Shown here piece after piece: positions 40,401 to 51,300 of a stretch of DNA of 64,000 bases. The position numbers and the translations under genes are program-made. Positions within the stretch are counted from its first letter, which is position 1. Each line of letters opens with the position of its first letter. This stretch comes from Candidatus Brachybacter algidus (lineage in GTDB: Bacteria; Bacteroidota; Bacteroidia; Chitinophagales; Saprospiraceae), in assembly GCA_016711705.1 (NCBI GenBank), contig JADJSK010000008.1, forward strand, positions 3,803 to 67,802, written 5' to 3'. Below the pieces are notes generated by a model. It had not been told where the DNA came from and did not search any database. It saw nothing but the letters and a program-made list of their open reading frames with translations.

Positions 40401-42870
40401 ATGAAGTTTTTGTCTACCTTATTTTTTGCACTCTTCATCTTAACATTGTCCGCATCCAATTATCACGGTGAGATCCACCAATTTAAGCAGCCGGATGGCA
40501 CCGTAGTCGACGTCAAACTGTATGGCTCAGAGTTTTATATCAGAGCTGAAGGACTTGATGGTTTTACGTTGATTAGAGATAAAGCGACTAATTGGATTTA
40601 CTATGCCAACGTTTCATCCGATAGAACAGAATTGGTAGCAACCGATATTAAATACTTGGGACAACAGAATAATATCTTCAGCCTAAGATCCGATATTGGC
40701 CTTCCTCAGCATCTGGATATATCCCCAGAATCTTATAATAAGATCATGGACGACAACGCACATAAGATGTTTAACCAGCCTTCTATGGCGGCTGTGCAAA
40801 AAGGATACGGAAATCAAAATAGAGCAGATAAGGTTTTAGAAGGAAATTTGAAGGGTCTTTGCATCGTCATTGATTTTTCTGATGAAGTGAATCCATTAGG
40901 TATCGAAGAATATGAAAATCTATGTAATGGATTAAATTATACTAAGTACTCCAATAACGGTTCATTAAGACAGTACTATCTGGATGTGTCAGGTGGCCTT
41001 TTGGATTATGAAAATGTGGTTTATGGGATCTTCAGAGCACCAAAGACTTTCCAGGAATATGATGACATGCCCTATGCGCAAGGAGCACAGGAAATATTGG
41101 GGCTAACACTGAAATGGATAGATGAACAAGGTTTTGACTTTTCAAATCTATCCACAGATGAAAATGGTACTATCATGGCTATAAATATGATGTACACAGG
41201 CAATCCTCCTGACTGGGCTCAAGGTATGTGGTATCATCAGGGATATTATGGTGCATTCCAGGCAGATGGTGTCAGAACAGGACGATATAATACTTCACCT
41301 GCTGCCGCCCCTCTTTCTATTGGAACCGTGGTGCACGAAAACGGACATATGATTGGTCAGTGGCCCGATACTTATAAGTATGACAATACTACAGGACCAG
41401 ATGGCATAGGAGCTTTTGATGTAATGTGTGCAACGGGTCCTGAACATAATCCCGTTTTGCCTAATCCTTACTTTATTAACAGAGTGGGATGGGGCCATGC
41501 TCTTGAAGTGAATGACCTGAATACAAGATTAAGAGATACTGCCAATATTTATTCAAGTTATATTTATAGAAATAAGGCTAATGAAAGAGAATTTTATATT
41601 TTTCAAAATAGATTAAAACAAGGTAGAAGTGCCGGTATTCCTGATGAAGGATTGACTATCTGGCATATAGACAGAGATGGAGATAATCAGACAGAACATC
41701 ACGAAACATATCTGGTGCACAACAATAACAACATTAACGAACATAGTGGTGCTTGCTTCAGAAAAGGCAGAAATGAGGAGTTCAATTTCGATTCTACTCC
41801 AAATTCTGACTGGTATGATGGGAATCCGAGTGGTCTTAGGTTATGGAATTTTGGCGAAAAAAATGCAGAAATGCAGTATAATATTGGCAGAGGACCTGCT
41901 ATATCTGTGGCATATTTAAGTCATACCAATGATAGCAATGGTGATGGTCAAATAATAGGTGGTGAGACATTCGACCTTAATGTAAATCTTACCAACCTTG
42001 ATCTTGGGCTTTCAACAACTTCAGTAGTGCGTTGCAAGGCTGTAGGTCCGAATGCTTCTTATGTAACAGTCATCAATCCGGTAATTCAACCTGGTGATAT
42101 TGAGCCAAACGCAACAATCTCTGTGAGTTTTCAGATTTCTTTAGAACCCGGGACACCAGATTATACTGTACTAAAATTTAGGTTTGAGGCCGAAGAAGAC
42201 GACAGAACAGACTTTGTGGAGAAGGAAATATCCACTGGATTCGTATATCTCATGGATAGCATTCAGGTATCTTCCTGCAGCGCCTTGTACTTGGATCCTG
42301 GAGGATTGGATGCTCTATGATAATAACATTGATTATGTTCAAACTTTCTACCCTGCTGATCCAAATGGAAAGGTCAGCGTGGAATTTTTTGAATTCAATG
42401 TAGAATTCGGCTCTGGGTGTAATAATGATTATTTGAGGGTCTTCAATGGTCCGGATATTTCGGGTGCGGTTCCTAAAAAGTATTGCGGAGAGACATTGCC
42501 TCCCAAAATTGTATCAACTGATCCCAGCGGTGCATTAACTTTTCAGTTTCATTCAGGTCTATTCAATGTATCTCCAGGGTGGAAGGCCTTTATAAATTGT
42601 GAGTTTCCATTGAAAAACAATAAGACCAAAGATGGCTTAATTTCAAATATTTATCCAAATCCAACACACGATAAGATCCATATTACTTTCGGTAAAATAG
42701 CAAATTACAACATCACTATAATGGATATGATGGGCAATAAAATAAAGGACTACGACTTGAAAAATGATGACGTATTAACCCTACCTCTAAATAATTTGGT
42801 AAGTGGGGTTTATAATGTTCAGATCGTGTCAGGGCAAAACTTTACGACAAAAAAATTGATCATTCAGTAA
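40401..42870 (+). CDS. Secreted zinc metalloprotease (M6/InhA-like HExxH) with CUB-like domain and T9SS C-terminal sorting domain; one frameshift as sequenced
   Basis: Signal peptide and VVHENGHMIG. ORF 40401..42320 ends in ...LDPGGLDAL, and the conserved continuation YDNNIDYVQTFYPADPNGK...YLRVFNGPD (CUB-like) plus IYPNPTHDKIHI...KKLIIQ is in ORF 42184..42870. The break is near 42310-42316. Confidence 0.75.
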
Positions 42871-42895
42871 TCAAACATTAATTAAATTTGGAATA

Positions 42896-43915
42896 ATGGG
42901 CAAGATCCTGGTAACGGGCGGATGCGGTTATATAGGAAGTCATACTATAGTAGAACTTATTCAACTTGGATATGAGGTGGTATGTATAGATGATCTGAGC
43001 AATTCTGATGGTTCCGCCATCGAGGGAATCGAAAGCATAACAGGTGTTAAAGTAAAGAATACAAAAATCAGTGTTGGCGATTCAGTTGCATTGCAGACTT
43101 TTTTTAAGGAAGAAGGTCCGATTGAAGCGGTGATACACTTTGCCGCATTTAAGGCTGTAAATGAATCAGTTATTTTCCCTCTAAAATATTATCAAAATAA
43201 TCTTGCAAGTCTCCTTGCCTTAATTGAGACTATGAAAAGTTATCACTGTAATAATTTGATTTTTTCCTCTTCTTGCAGTGTATATGGAGATGCGGAAACA
43301 CTTCCTGTCAATGAGCAAACTACATTGGGTGTGATTCAAAGCCCTTATGCCAGAACAAAACTTATTGGAGAAGAAATATTACAGGATTGTTGTCTTGCAG
43401 ATCCTGAATTTAAAGTCATCGCTCTGAGGTATTTTAATCCGGCAGGAGCGCACATTAGTAATTTTATAGGAGAATCCCCTACCATAAATGCTTCAAATCT
43501 GGTACCTGTGATCACAGAAACTGCCATAGGCAAACGACAGGAAATGAGTGTATTTGGAGATGATTATCCTACCAGGGATGGCACTTGTATCAGAGATTAT
43601 ATTCATGTATCAGATATCGGATCAGCTCATGCCATAGCTATTTCTTATATGAAAGATAAAATGGATGTTTCCAATTTTGAAATTTTCAATTTGGGTTCAG
43701 CAAATGGAAATACTGTACTCGAAGTAATTCATGCATTCGAAAAATCAAACGGTCTTTTTCCAAAATTCAAAATTGTACCAAGAAGAGCAGGAGATGTCAT
43801 AGCAATATATGCAGATAATAGGAAAGCCTTGGATCTATTGAATTGGAAGATTAAGCACAATCTAGAGGATATTGTGAGAACGGCGTGGGAATGGGAGAAG
43901 AAACGATCGATATGA
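42896..43915 (+). CDS. galE: UDP-glucose 4-epimerase
   Basis: 339 aa, VTGGCGYIGSH, SPYARTKLIGE (YxxxK). Confidence 0.93.
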   Translation: MGKILVTGGCGYIGSHTIVELIQLGYEVVCIDDLSNSDGSAIEGIESITGVKVKNTKISVGDSVALQTFFKEEGPIEAVIHFAAFKAVNESVIFPLKYYQNNLASLLALIETMKSYHCNNLIFSSSCSVYGDAETLPVNEQTTLGVIQSPYARTKLIGEEILQDCCLADPEFKVIALRYFNPAGAHISNFIGESPTINASNLVPVITETAIGKRQEMSVFGDDYPTRDGTCIRDYIHVSDIGSAHAIAISYMKDKMDVSNFEIFNLGSANGNTVLEVIHAFEKSNGLFPKFKIVPRRAGDVIAIYADNRKALDLLNWKIKHNLEDIVRTAWEWEKKRSI

Positions 43916-44063
43916 GTAATGAGTAATTCAGTGGTCAGTGGTCAGTAATCAGTGGTCAGTTATCAGTAATCAGTTATCAGTGGTCAGTAACTTAGAATTT
44001 AGATATCAAGTTTTAGGTGAGAAAGGAAGAATGGAAAATTGAGAATGGAAAATTGAAAATGAT
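43914..44063 (+). repeat. CAGTRRT heptamer array (43914-43991) followed by a GAAAAT/GGAAGA degenerate array (44016-44063)
   Basis: gagtaatgagtaattcagtggtcagtggtcagtaatcagtggtcagttatcagtaatcagttatcagtggtcagtaac. Confidence 0.9.
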
Positions 44064-44091
44064 GGTCAGTTTCCTTAAGCAATGCTATCTC

Positions 44092-44412
44092 GTTTCCACA
44101 GCAGAGCTATCAGCCAATAGCCAATGGCCGGCAGCTTTAGTGAGAGGTGAGAAGGTGAGAAGGTGAGAAGGTATGAGAAATTCAATATTCAGACTTCCGG
44201 TTTAATATCAATATACAATACTGTCCTTTAGGATATTATATGTTCTAGTTTCCACAGCAGAGCTATCAGCCAATAGCCAATGGCCGGCAGCTTTAGTGAA
44301 GAGGTGAGAAGGTGAGAAGGTATGAGAAATTAATATAGGACGGTTTAATTTATATGTTCTAGTTTCCACAGCAGAGCAAACAGCCAATAGCCAATAGCCA
44401 TCAGCCATAAAT
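44092..44412 (+). repeat. Three direct copies of a composite unit (gtttccacagcagagc, CCAATAG array, GTGAGAAG array), starting at 44092, 44248 and 44362
   Basis: gtttccacagcagagctatcagccaatagccaatggccggcagctttagtga is exact in copies 1 and 2. Copy 3 is truncated. Confidence 0.9.
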
Positions 44413-44829
44413 TAGTACAGCCGCTTTTCTCCAAGGTTTTCCCAAGTATCGAAAGGAGCATTAAAATTACTCATGTCCATTTTTATAAATGGAATACTAC
44501 GATCACTATGTGGAAGATCCAATTCGCGATAAATGAAAGAATCATCAAATCCTGCCTTCGCAGCATCGTCCTTACTTGCAATATAATAAACGCAGGATAC
44601 AATCTGTCAGTTGAAAATCGTTCAAGGCCTTGCACGCATTCCTGATGGCTATCACTTCTGCATGAGCAGTAGGATCATTCGTGGTGGTGACACTATTGGC
44701 GCCGGAAGCGATTATTTTGCCATCTTTCACTACAATTGCTCCAAATGGTCCACCTCCATCCAGGACATTTTGAACAGCAAGGTTGATGGCACTTTCACCA
44801 AGTTCGCGTAAAGTCAGATCTTCATTCAT
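44413..44829 (-). pseudogene. Guanine/nucleoside deaminase (CDA fold) with an internal deletion removing the PCxxC zinc site
   Basis: The N-terminal part has TAHAEVIAIRNACKALNDFQLTDCIL, then leaves the frame. The C-terminal part VYYIASKDDAAKAGFDDSFIYRELDLPHSDRSIPF...GEKRLY is in another frame. About 20 codons expected between them (YxSCEPCPMCxGAIxWAR) are absent. Confidence 0.75.
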
Positions 44830-45180
44830 TTTTTATCAATTAGTAACTCAAGTTTTCGAGTAAGGTTAAATATTGCTTAACATATATATATAATAGAATA
44901 ATAATATATCTTAATATTTTGATATCTAATTTATTATCCAAACAATTAATATTTTAATTAATCTGTTCTCTCAAATATAAGCGTAACACAACATTCGAAG
45001 TTTTATCCTAACTTAATCCCGAGTCATTTTATAAGATTTTTCTACTCCTAATGCAAACGTGTATAACCTAGCTCGGGGACTTCCGCTATACTCCAGGTTT
45101 CTGACTTCTAACCAAAGATCAATGATACCAACGGGTTAAACGAATATAATCGCGTTGAAACTTCATTTAGTATGGTTGAT

Positions 45181-46020
45181 TTAGTAGGTCTCAGCCCTAT
45201 GCTTAGCAGTTTCTAATTTCCAATTTTTCCATTTTTCTCCCAATACTTTTTTCATACCTTTATCTATGACAGAGTGCTGAACAAGGTTTCTAACAGCTAC
45301 AAATTTATTAGCAATACTGTTATGAGCTCTCAGTGCCAAGGAGAAACCACTATCCACGTATTCAATATAATGCCACCAATGAGGGGGTATATAAATAGTA
45401 TCACCATGTTCGAGGATGGCTTCGATGCCTTCTGCCTTGCGCAATGCGGGAAATTTGTCATAGTCCGGATTATGCAAATCTACTTGACTTTGGACTGTAA
45501 ATGGCTGATGATAAAGGTATTTTGATTGATCTTTGTCAAAGAGTAAGACTTTCTTTTTTGTATGGAATTGTGTGAGAAAATTAGAAGGACAATCAATATC
45601 AAAATGCAATGGCGTGATGCTGTCTTTACCTCCAAAAAACATAAAAGGGAGCGTTTTTACAAAACCATCCATAATAGTAGGCCAGGTAAAATCTTCTCTT
45701 AATTCCGGAGCTTCAGCAAAAATATTAAATAAGAATAGGCGCAAATCTGTTGGACCTTTTTCGATAGCCTCAATATATGTCTTGAAAGCAACCTTCTTCT
45801 TTTCCATATAATGCGCACCAGGATTATGGAAATTTTTATCCACAAGGGGTACCTGAAGGTCTCCGTATTTTTCTTTAAAGAAATCAAAGGACCACTTATC
45901 CAACCCTACCCAATCCTTCGACATGTCGGTAAGTATAACCGGCAGATTCTTATCCAAATATTCATTTTTAAATGCTTCTTTGGATAAATTTGACCTTCTT
46001 TCTATTGACTTGAGAATCAT
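45181..46020 (-). CDS. Cupin-like / JmjC-domain protein
   Basis: 279 aa, TPLHFD...GDTIYIPPHWWHYIEY is a typical JmjC-cupin signature. Confidence 0.75.
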   Translation of the reverse strand: MILKSIERRSNLSKEAFKNEYLDKNLPVILTDMSKDWVGLDKWSFDFFKEKYGDLQVPLVDKNFHNPGAHYMEKKKVAFKTYIEAIEKGPTDLRLFLFNIFAEAPELREDFTWPTIMDGFVKTLPFMFFGGKDSITPLHFDIDCPSNFLTQFHTKKKVLLFDKDQSKYLYHQPFTVQSQVDLHNPDYDKFPALRKAEGIEAILEHGDTIYIPPHWWHYIEYVDSGFSLALRAHNSIANKFVAVRNLVQHSVIDKGMKKVLGEKWKNWKLETAKHRAETY

Positions 46021-46231
46021 GAGCTTAGAAAATATACTTGATAAATTTTTAATATATATATTAAATCTATAACTGAAGGCTATAAAGCCTTATTAAGATT
46101 TAATCATCTCCATACCCTATTAACTAAAATATGGAATCTAAGTTTCATTTTGACTTAGTTTTTATTCAAATTAATTAACGCCAGTTTTGTTCAAATCGTG
46201 CATAAAATTTGAAGTAAATTCTTTGTATATT

Positions 46232-48103
46232 TTATTTAATTAAAAATTCGATGCTGGAGGGATGTACCTTGTCTCTAAATACTTCAACTTTAGACTTTAC
46301 AAAGTCAGATTGTTTACATGTGTAGATATTTACAAATTGTTGAGGATTCCTGTCGAAAAGAGGAAACCACGAACTCTGTATCTGCACCATGATGCGATGT
46401 CCCTTTCTAAAATTGTGTGCAATGTCCGGCAAATTGAACTTTACTCTATCATCCTTACCGGGTTTGAAGCCCTCCGGATCAGAAAAACTATTCCTATATC
46501 TGCCACGCATTATCTCGCCACGAACCAGCATCTGATAACCACCCATGGGCACTTTATCAGAAGAGTATTCTTTGAAATCATCAGGAAAGACATCAATTAT
46601 TTTTACAACAAAATCAGCATCTGTAGTAGATAATTTAACAAAAAGGTCTGCTATTACAGGACCTATTGCCGTCACATCTTCTTCAAGTATATCGGATTGA
46701 TAGGTGAGAACATCACTCCTTTGGGAAGTAAATCTTTGATCATCAAGCATATATTCTCTGGTTCTGTTCCAGCCAATCTCACTTCTGTAAGGAACCGGAT
46801 GGGCAGGATCACTTATGTAAGAATCTGACCCGGTAGCTTTATCTGATGCAGCATTCTGACTTAGGCCATTCTCTGATGTCAAGTACAACTTATAAGGACG
46901 TGAACCACTAGGTGGCCATGTTTCAAATTTATGCCAATTATTTTCTCCTGTTATGAAGACATTCACTTTGCCACCTTCCATTTTGTTAGGGCTGTCTTCC
47001 AGATATTTTTTAAAAAACGGGATCTCCATTTCATTCTGATACCATTCGGCAGTTTTTTGTCCAAATTTTACATTTCCAATTGAAGCTCCATCTCCTCTTC
47101 CACCCCAATTACCATGATACCATGGTCCCATGACGAGCATATTATCGGAAGAGCTGCTTTGTGATTCAAGGGTTTTAAAGGTATTCCATGCACCATAACA
47201 GTCTTCTGCATCGAAGAGACCACCGACGACCATCACGGCTGGTTTAATGTCATTTAGATGAGGCAGTGGATTGCGGTCAGCCCAAAATTTATCCAAATCA
47301 GGATGTGCATACATATCATTCATAAACTGAAGACTATCTCCAAAGTAATTCTTTTTAATATCGGACAATGCTCCGGCCTTCAACATAAAGTCGTATGAAT
47401 CTTCTGAAAATTTTGATTTAACTGATGCATACTGCTTTAATGGATTTGGTCTTGGCAATCCAAAGCTCCTGTAAAAATTAAAAGCATCCATCAATGCAAA
47501 TGCTCCATTATGATGAAAATCATCTCCTCTGAACCAATCTGTCACAGGTGCTTGCGGGCTTACGGCTTTCAACGCTGGATGCCCTGACAGTGCAGCCATC
47601 GTAGCGTAAAAACCGGGATATGAAATACCCATGATACCAACATTGCCATTATTGTTTTTCACATTATTGACCAGCCAATCAACGGTATCATAAGTATCTG
47701 AAGCCTCGTCTATATCCTTGCTTGATTTTTTGTTAGTGATAAATGGCCTGATATCTTCAAATACGCCTTCACTCATAAACCTTCCGCGCACATCCTGAAA
47801 CACTATAATATATCCTGCTCTTAGGTAATATTTATGATAGGTATTGTATAGTTCGGCAAATTTTTCCACGCCATAAGGTCTACATGAATACGGGGTTCTT
47901 ACCATTATGATAGGATGCTTTTTTGACAAATCCGTGGGAATATAAACGGAAGTAAAAAGGCTTATACCATCGCGCATTTTGATCATCTTCTCCTCCTTTG
48001 TATAATGCATCCGCATATACAGGGAGTCCTGACTGTTCTGGGCTGATAGTGAGTGAAATACATTTAAACAAAGGAATAGAAGAAAAAATCTAGCAAATCT
48101 CAT
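46232..48103 (-). CDS. CocE/NonD-family serine hydrolase (S15 Xaa-Pro dipeptidyl-peptidase-like), secreted
   Basis: 623 aa, signal peptide, GISYPG nucleophile elbow, C-terminal beta-sandwich typical of the family. Confidence 0.85.
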   Translation of the reverse strand: MRFARFFLLFLCLNVFHSLSAQNSQDSLYMRMHYTKEEKMIKMRDGISLFTSVYIPTDLSKKHPIIMVRTPYSCRPYGVEKFAELYNTYHKYYLRAGYIIVFQDVRGRFMSEGVFEDIRPFITNKKSSKDIDEASDTYDTVDWLVNNVKNNNGNVGIMGISYPGFYATMAALSGHPALKAVSPQAPVTDWFRGDDFHHNGAFALMDAFNFYRSFGLPRPNPLKQYASVKSKFSEDSYDFMLKAGALSDIKKNYFGDSLQFMNDMYAHPDLDKFWADRNPLPHLNDIKPAVMVVGGLFDAEDCYGAWNTFKTLESQSSSSDNMLVMGPWYHGNWGGRGDGASIGNVKFGQKTAEWYQNEMEIPFFKKYLEDSPNKMEGGKVNVFITGENNWHKFETWPPSGSRPYKLYLTSENGLSQNAASDKATGSDSYISDPAHPVPYRSEIGWNRTREYMLDDQRFTSQRSDVLTYQSDILEEDVTAIGPVIADLFVKLSTTDADFVVKIIDVFPDDFKEYSSDKVPMGGYQMLVRGEIMRGRYRNSFSDPEGFKPGKDDRVKFNLPDIAHNFRKGHRIMVQIQSSWFPLFDRNPQQFVNIYTCKQSDFVKSKVEVFRDKVHPSSIEFLIK

Positions 48104-48341
48104 AGAATGAATATTAATTACAGATAAAATTAATTAAATCTTCATCAGTTGGGCAAATATTAATGCAAGCAAAGTCAAATTTTGAAAAGTATTGTAATTT
48201 TTGAAAGGTAATTGTCTTATTGGATGTGAACGAATCTATTAAGGAGTATTTGCTATTATAGCAACGACATTCTGTATAAGAGAATAAAACAACGATTCAA
48301 ATAGGTGGGACATCTATGTGGTAATGCGATAGGAAGCTAAT

Positions 48342-48375
48342 AAAAAGCAGATCCGGAAAATGGATCTGCTTTTTT
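48342..48375. terminator. Hairpin terminator 18 nt downstream of sprA (bidirectional form)
   Basis: aaaaa-gcagatcc-ggaaaat-ggatctgc-tttttt. Confidence 0.75.
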
Positions 48376-48392
48376 ACCAATAATATTCTTAG

Positions 48393-51300
48393 TTAATTCA
48401 AAAGGAATCGGAATGTTACCCCTCCTCTTTGAGATATCGTCTTAAACTGTTGTGATGTCTTAGGACTTGAAAGATTGTAGTCATAAAACAGTCTGAGTGT
48501 AAGATTCTTGTTGTATTCATACTCAATATTCGGGGCTATTCTAAATGTAGTAGCACCTCTTGAAGTAAGTGTCCTGTCCTGATCTATAAAATGACTCACA
48601 GAAATATCATCTCGGTAAGATACATCCAGTCTAAAAATAAGGTCATTGGCAGAAGGTGCTTTTCTGGAGCCACCGGCACCTGGCTGTGAGGAAGTTTTGG
48701 TTGTATCTTTTTCCTTATCCTTTTTCTTCTTAGATTTTTTCTTTTGGAATTCTTTCATGAAAGGCAACTTTACATTGTGCATTTCATATCCTGCTCCAAT
48801 CGTGAAATCAGAAGTTTTAGTCTCATTCACCAGGTTATCAACGAATGACAAAGAAAGGTTTCTGATTTTTTTATAATCTACATTAAAGGTAATGTCATTT
48901 TTAGTTTTAAAATCGAACCTGATCAAAGGGGACAATCCTTCAGTGATAGAAATAGCAGGTATCTCCAGCCTACTGTAATAGTTCTGTGTGATCGGATTGA
49001 CCAATGTCGGGTCATTAGCATCGAAATAAGGAGAGGTATTAAAGCTATTGACTGTCAACGTAGATTTATAGGCATGAGAAACATTGATACTCGAAAAATA
49101 TTTCTTAAAGAAAGCAATCTTAGTCAGTCCATTATATGTCACTTGCCAGTTGACCTTTGGAGTAGTCTTAAATGCATCTAAATTCTGCGTGGCGGCACTT
49201 TTGTTTGAATAAGCAGCCAGGAAGGCAGGTACAAGCACCTCTTGCTGTATCCTTCCAAACCCTTCAGCATATCCTGTAGTTGGATCCGGATTAGTACCTA
49301 ACCTATTTGAAATAACCACTCTATTGGATTCAAATCGCTTGAACACATCGTCAATATCATTAAAGAAAGTACCCAATGTAAAGAAAGTCGTGGTATAAGA
49401 ACCGACATCCCTGCCGCTATATCTACCAAACCCTTCTCCGGGGGCCTTGATCTTGAACAATTCTGTGTGCGTTTCCTGATAGGTCTTACCCGCGTTTAGA
49501 TCAATTTTAAAATCGTTGAAAGGTTCTAAATTGACTCTTCCTTCTATGACTTGATTCTTACCAAGGATAACCAATTGATTTTGGAATATATTCTTAGTGA
49601 TCCATTGATTATTCGGTGCTATGGCCCTTTCAAAATATGCATTGTCGGGTTGCCAGCCAGCTACATAACTAAGTCCGGGAGCATCCCAGGAGTCCATACC
49701 CAAAGCTGTGGTCTTAGGTGTATATCCAGGAATTGATGAGTTTAAGTTTTCCGTATAGGTTAATCTGGCTTTTCTCACACTAAGCAATGGCCTTATCAAT
49801 ATACGTTCTGCAAGGGATGGTTGATAGTTCGCCCTCCTCTCTATTCGTTCCTGCTTGCGTTTAGCCTTGTCTTTTTCTTTCTTAAGCTTAGCTTTTTCTG
49901 CTTTAGTCAGACTCGCTGTGGAAGTAGAGTCTACTTTTGCATCACCATCCTTATTTTTACCTATTTTACCATCTTCAGGAGTATTTTTATCGCCTTGTTT
50001 CTTTGGAGGTGTGACTTTATCACCTTTTTTAGGAGTAGTCTTAGTACCGGGTTTTTCAATCTTTTTGAGATAGTCCCATTTAGCATATAATCTATCAAAA
50101 CTTAGATCAGCATTGATCTGTCTGATCTGAGTATTCTGGATCACATTACCCAAAGTATCCACATTGATAGCAGCAGCACTCCAGGTATATGAACCTCCGT
50201 ACAATGCCCGCATCGTAACCCACTCCATGAATGGAATGTTTTTAAATGGCACGTTATAGTTCAGGTTGAATGTATGCTTATAGTTTTTATTCCTTCCAAG
50301 ATTTTTTACATTATTCCATATTTCGGCTCGATTGCTATTGGTATTAAAAGCAGGATCAGGAAGCCCGGAATCTACAAATCTGTCACTTAATTCATCTATT
50401 ACTGCAGTATTCTGAGCGACAAAATCAAATTTCAATGATTTGGTGAGATCCCAGTTAAGACTGTAATTTCTATCCCACAAGAAGTTCCTTGTTCTCCAGG
50501 TACTTTGGAATGGATCCGTAAACCTGTACAATTTAGTGCTGTATAATCTATTGAGTTGGGTATTAAAGGTAAATGTATTGGGAACCAAATTAAAATTAAG
50601 GTCCGTAATAAACTTGACGTATTTATCCTTTTTGATTGCCTTAGCAAATGGAGCTATATAAAGAGGCTTCATTGTAAAGTTGTAATCGAATCCACCTTTG
50701 TATTGATCTGTTTGATCATTGGCTATGATGGGATCAGTACGTTTAGTTCTGGAATGTCCATAAGTAAAACTAAAGTTTTCTATGTCCCACGGAAGCGGAG
50801 TTGAGGCTTTGTTTAATCTCTCTTTGCGTACATTATTGAATGAATAACTGGTAATATTTTCGTATTCTATCGCTTGTTCGCGAAGACTATCTTTGACATT
50901 TGCATCTACAGTATTCAGTTTATCTTTCAATTTTATATCGAGATCGTAAGGATCATATTCTGGTGTTTTGACACTGGTAGTATACTGATAGTAAAAAGGA
51001 ATTTTAATTCCGGTCTTACCCGGTATAAATTTACCAAGTTCCAGATTGGTGCTGATATCATATTGATAGTTGGATTCAATAGCTCTCTCCTGGAGTCTTT
51101 GATCCAGCGCTCCCCATCCAAGTGAAGAATATGCGCCTGAAAGCGTAAGTGTTCCGAGGTCAGCAAGTTGAAAATCTAATCTGGAGATAGCAGCTACACC
51201 ACCTCGCTCATCGAATCCTGTCATCCGGAGTTCATTGACCCAGATCTCACCACACCGGGGTATTCCGCCATCTTTATTATGGATGCCTATCATGATTCCT

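Noticed and set aside
42184-42870. 228-aa ORF as an independent gene
   Set aside because: Its first roughly 40 residues overlap the upstream protease ORF out of frame. The remainder is the CUB-like domain and T9SS sorting domain that the protease otherwise lacks. It is treated as the frameshifted C-terminus.
44208-44408. 66-aa minus-strand ORF in the galE-deaminase spacer
   Set aside because: It is encoded entirely by the three-copy composite repeat (the internal duplication AVETRTY... appears twice). There is no coding evidence.
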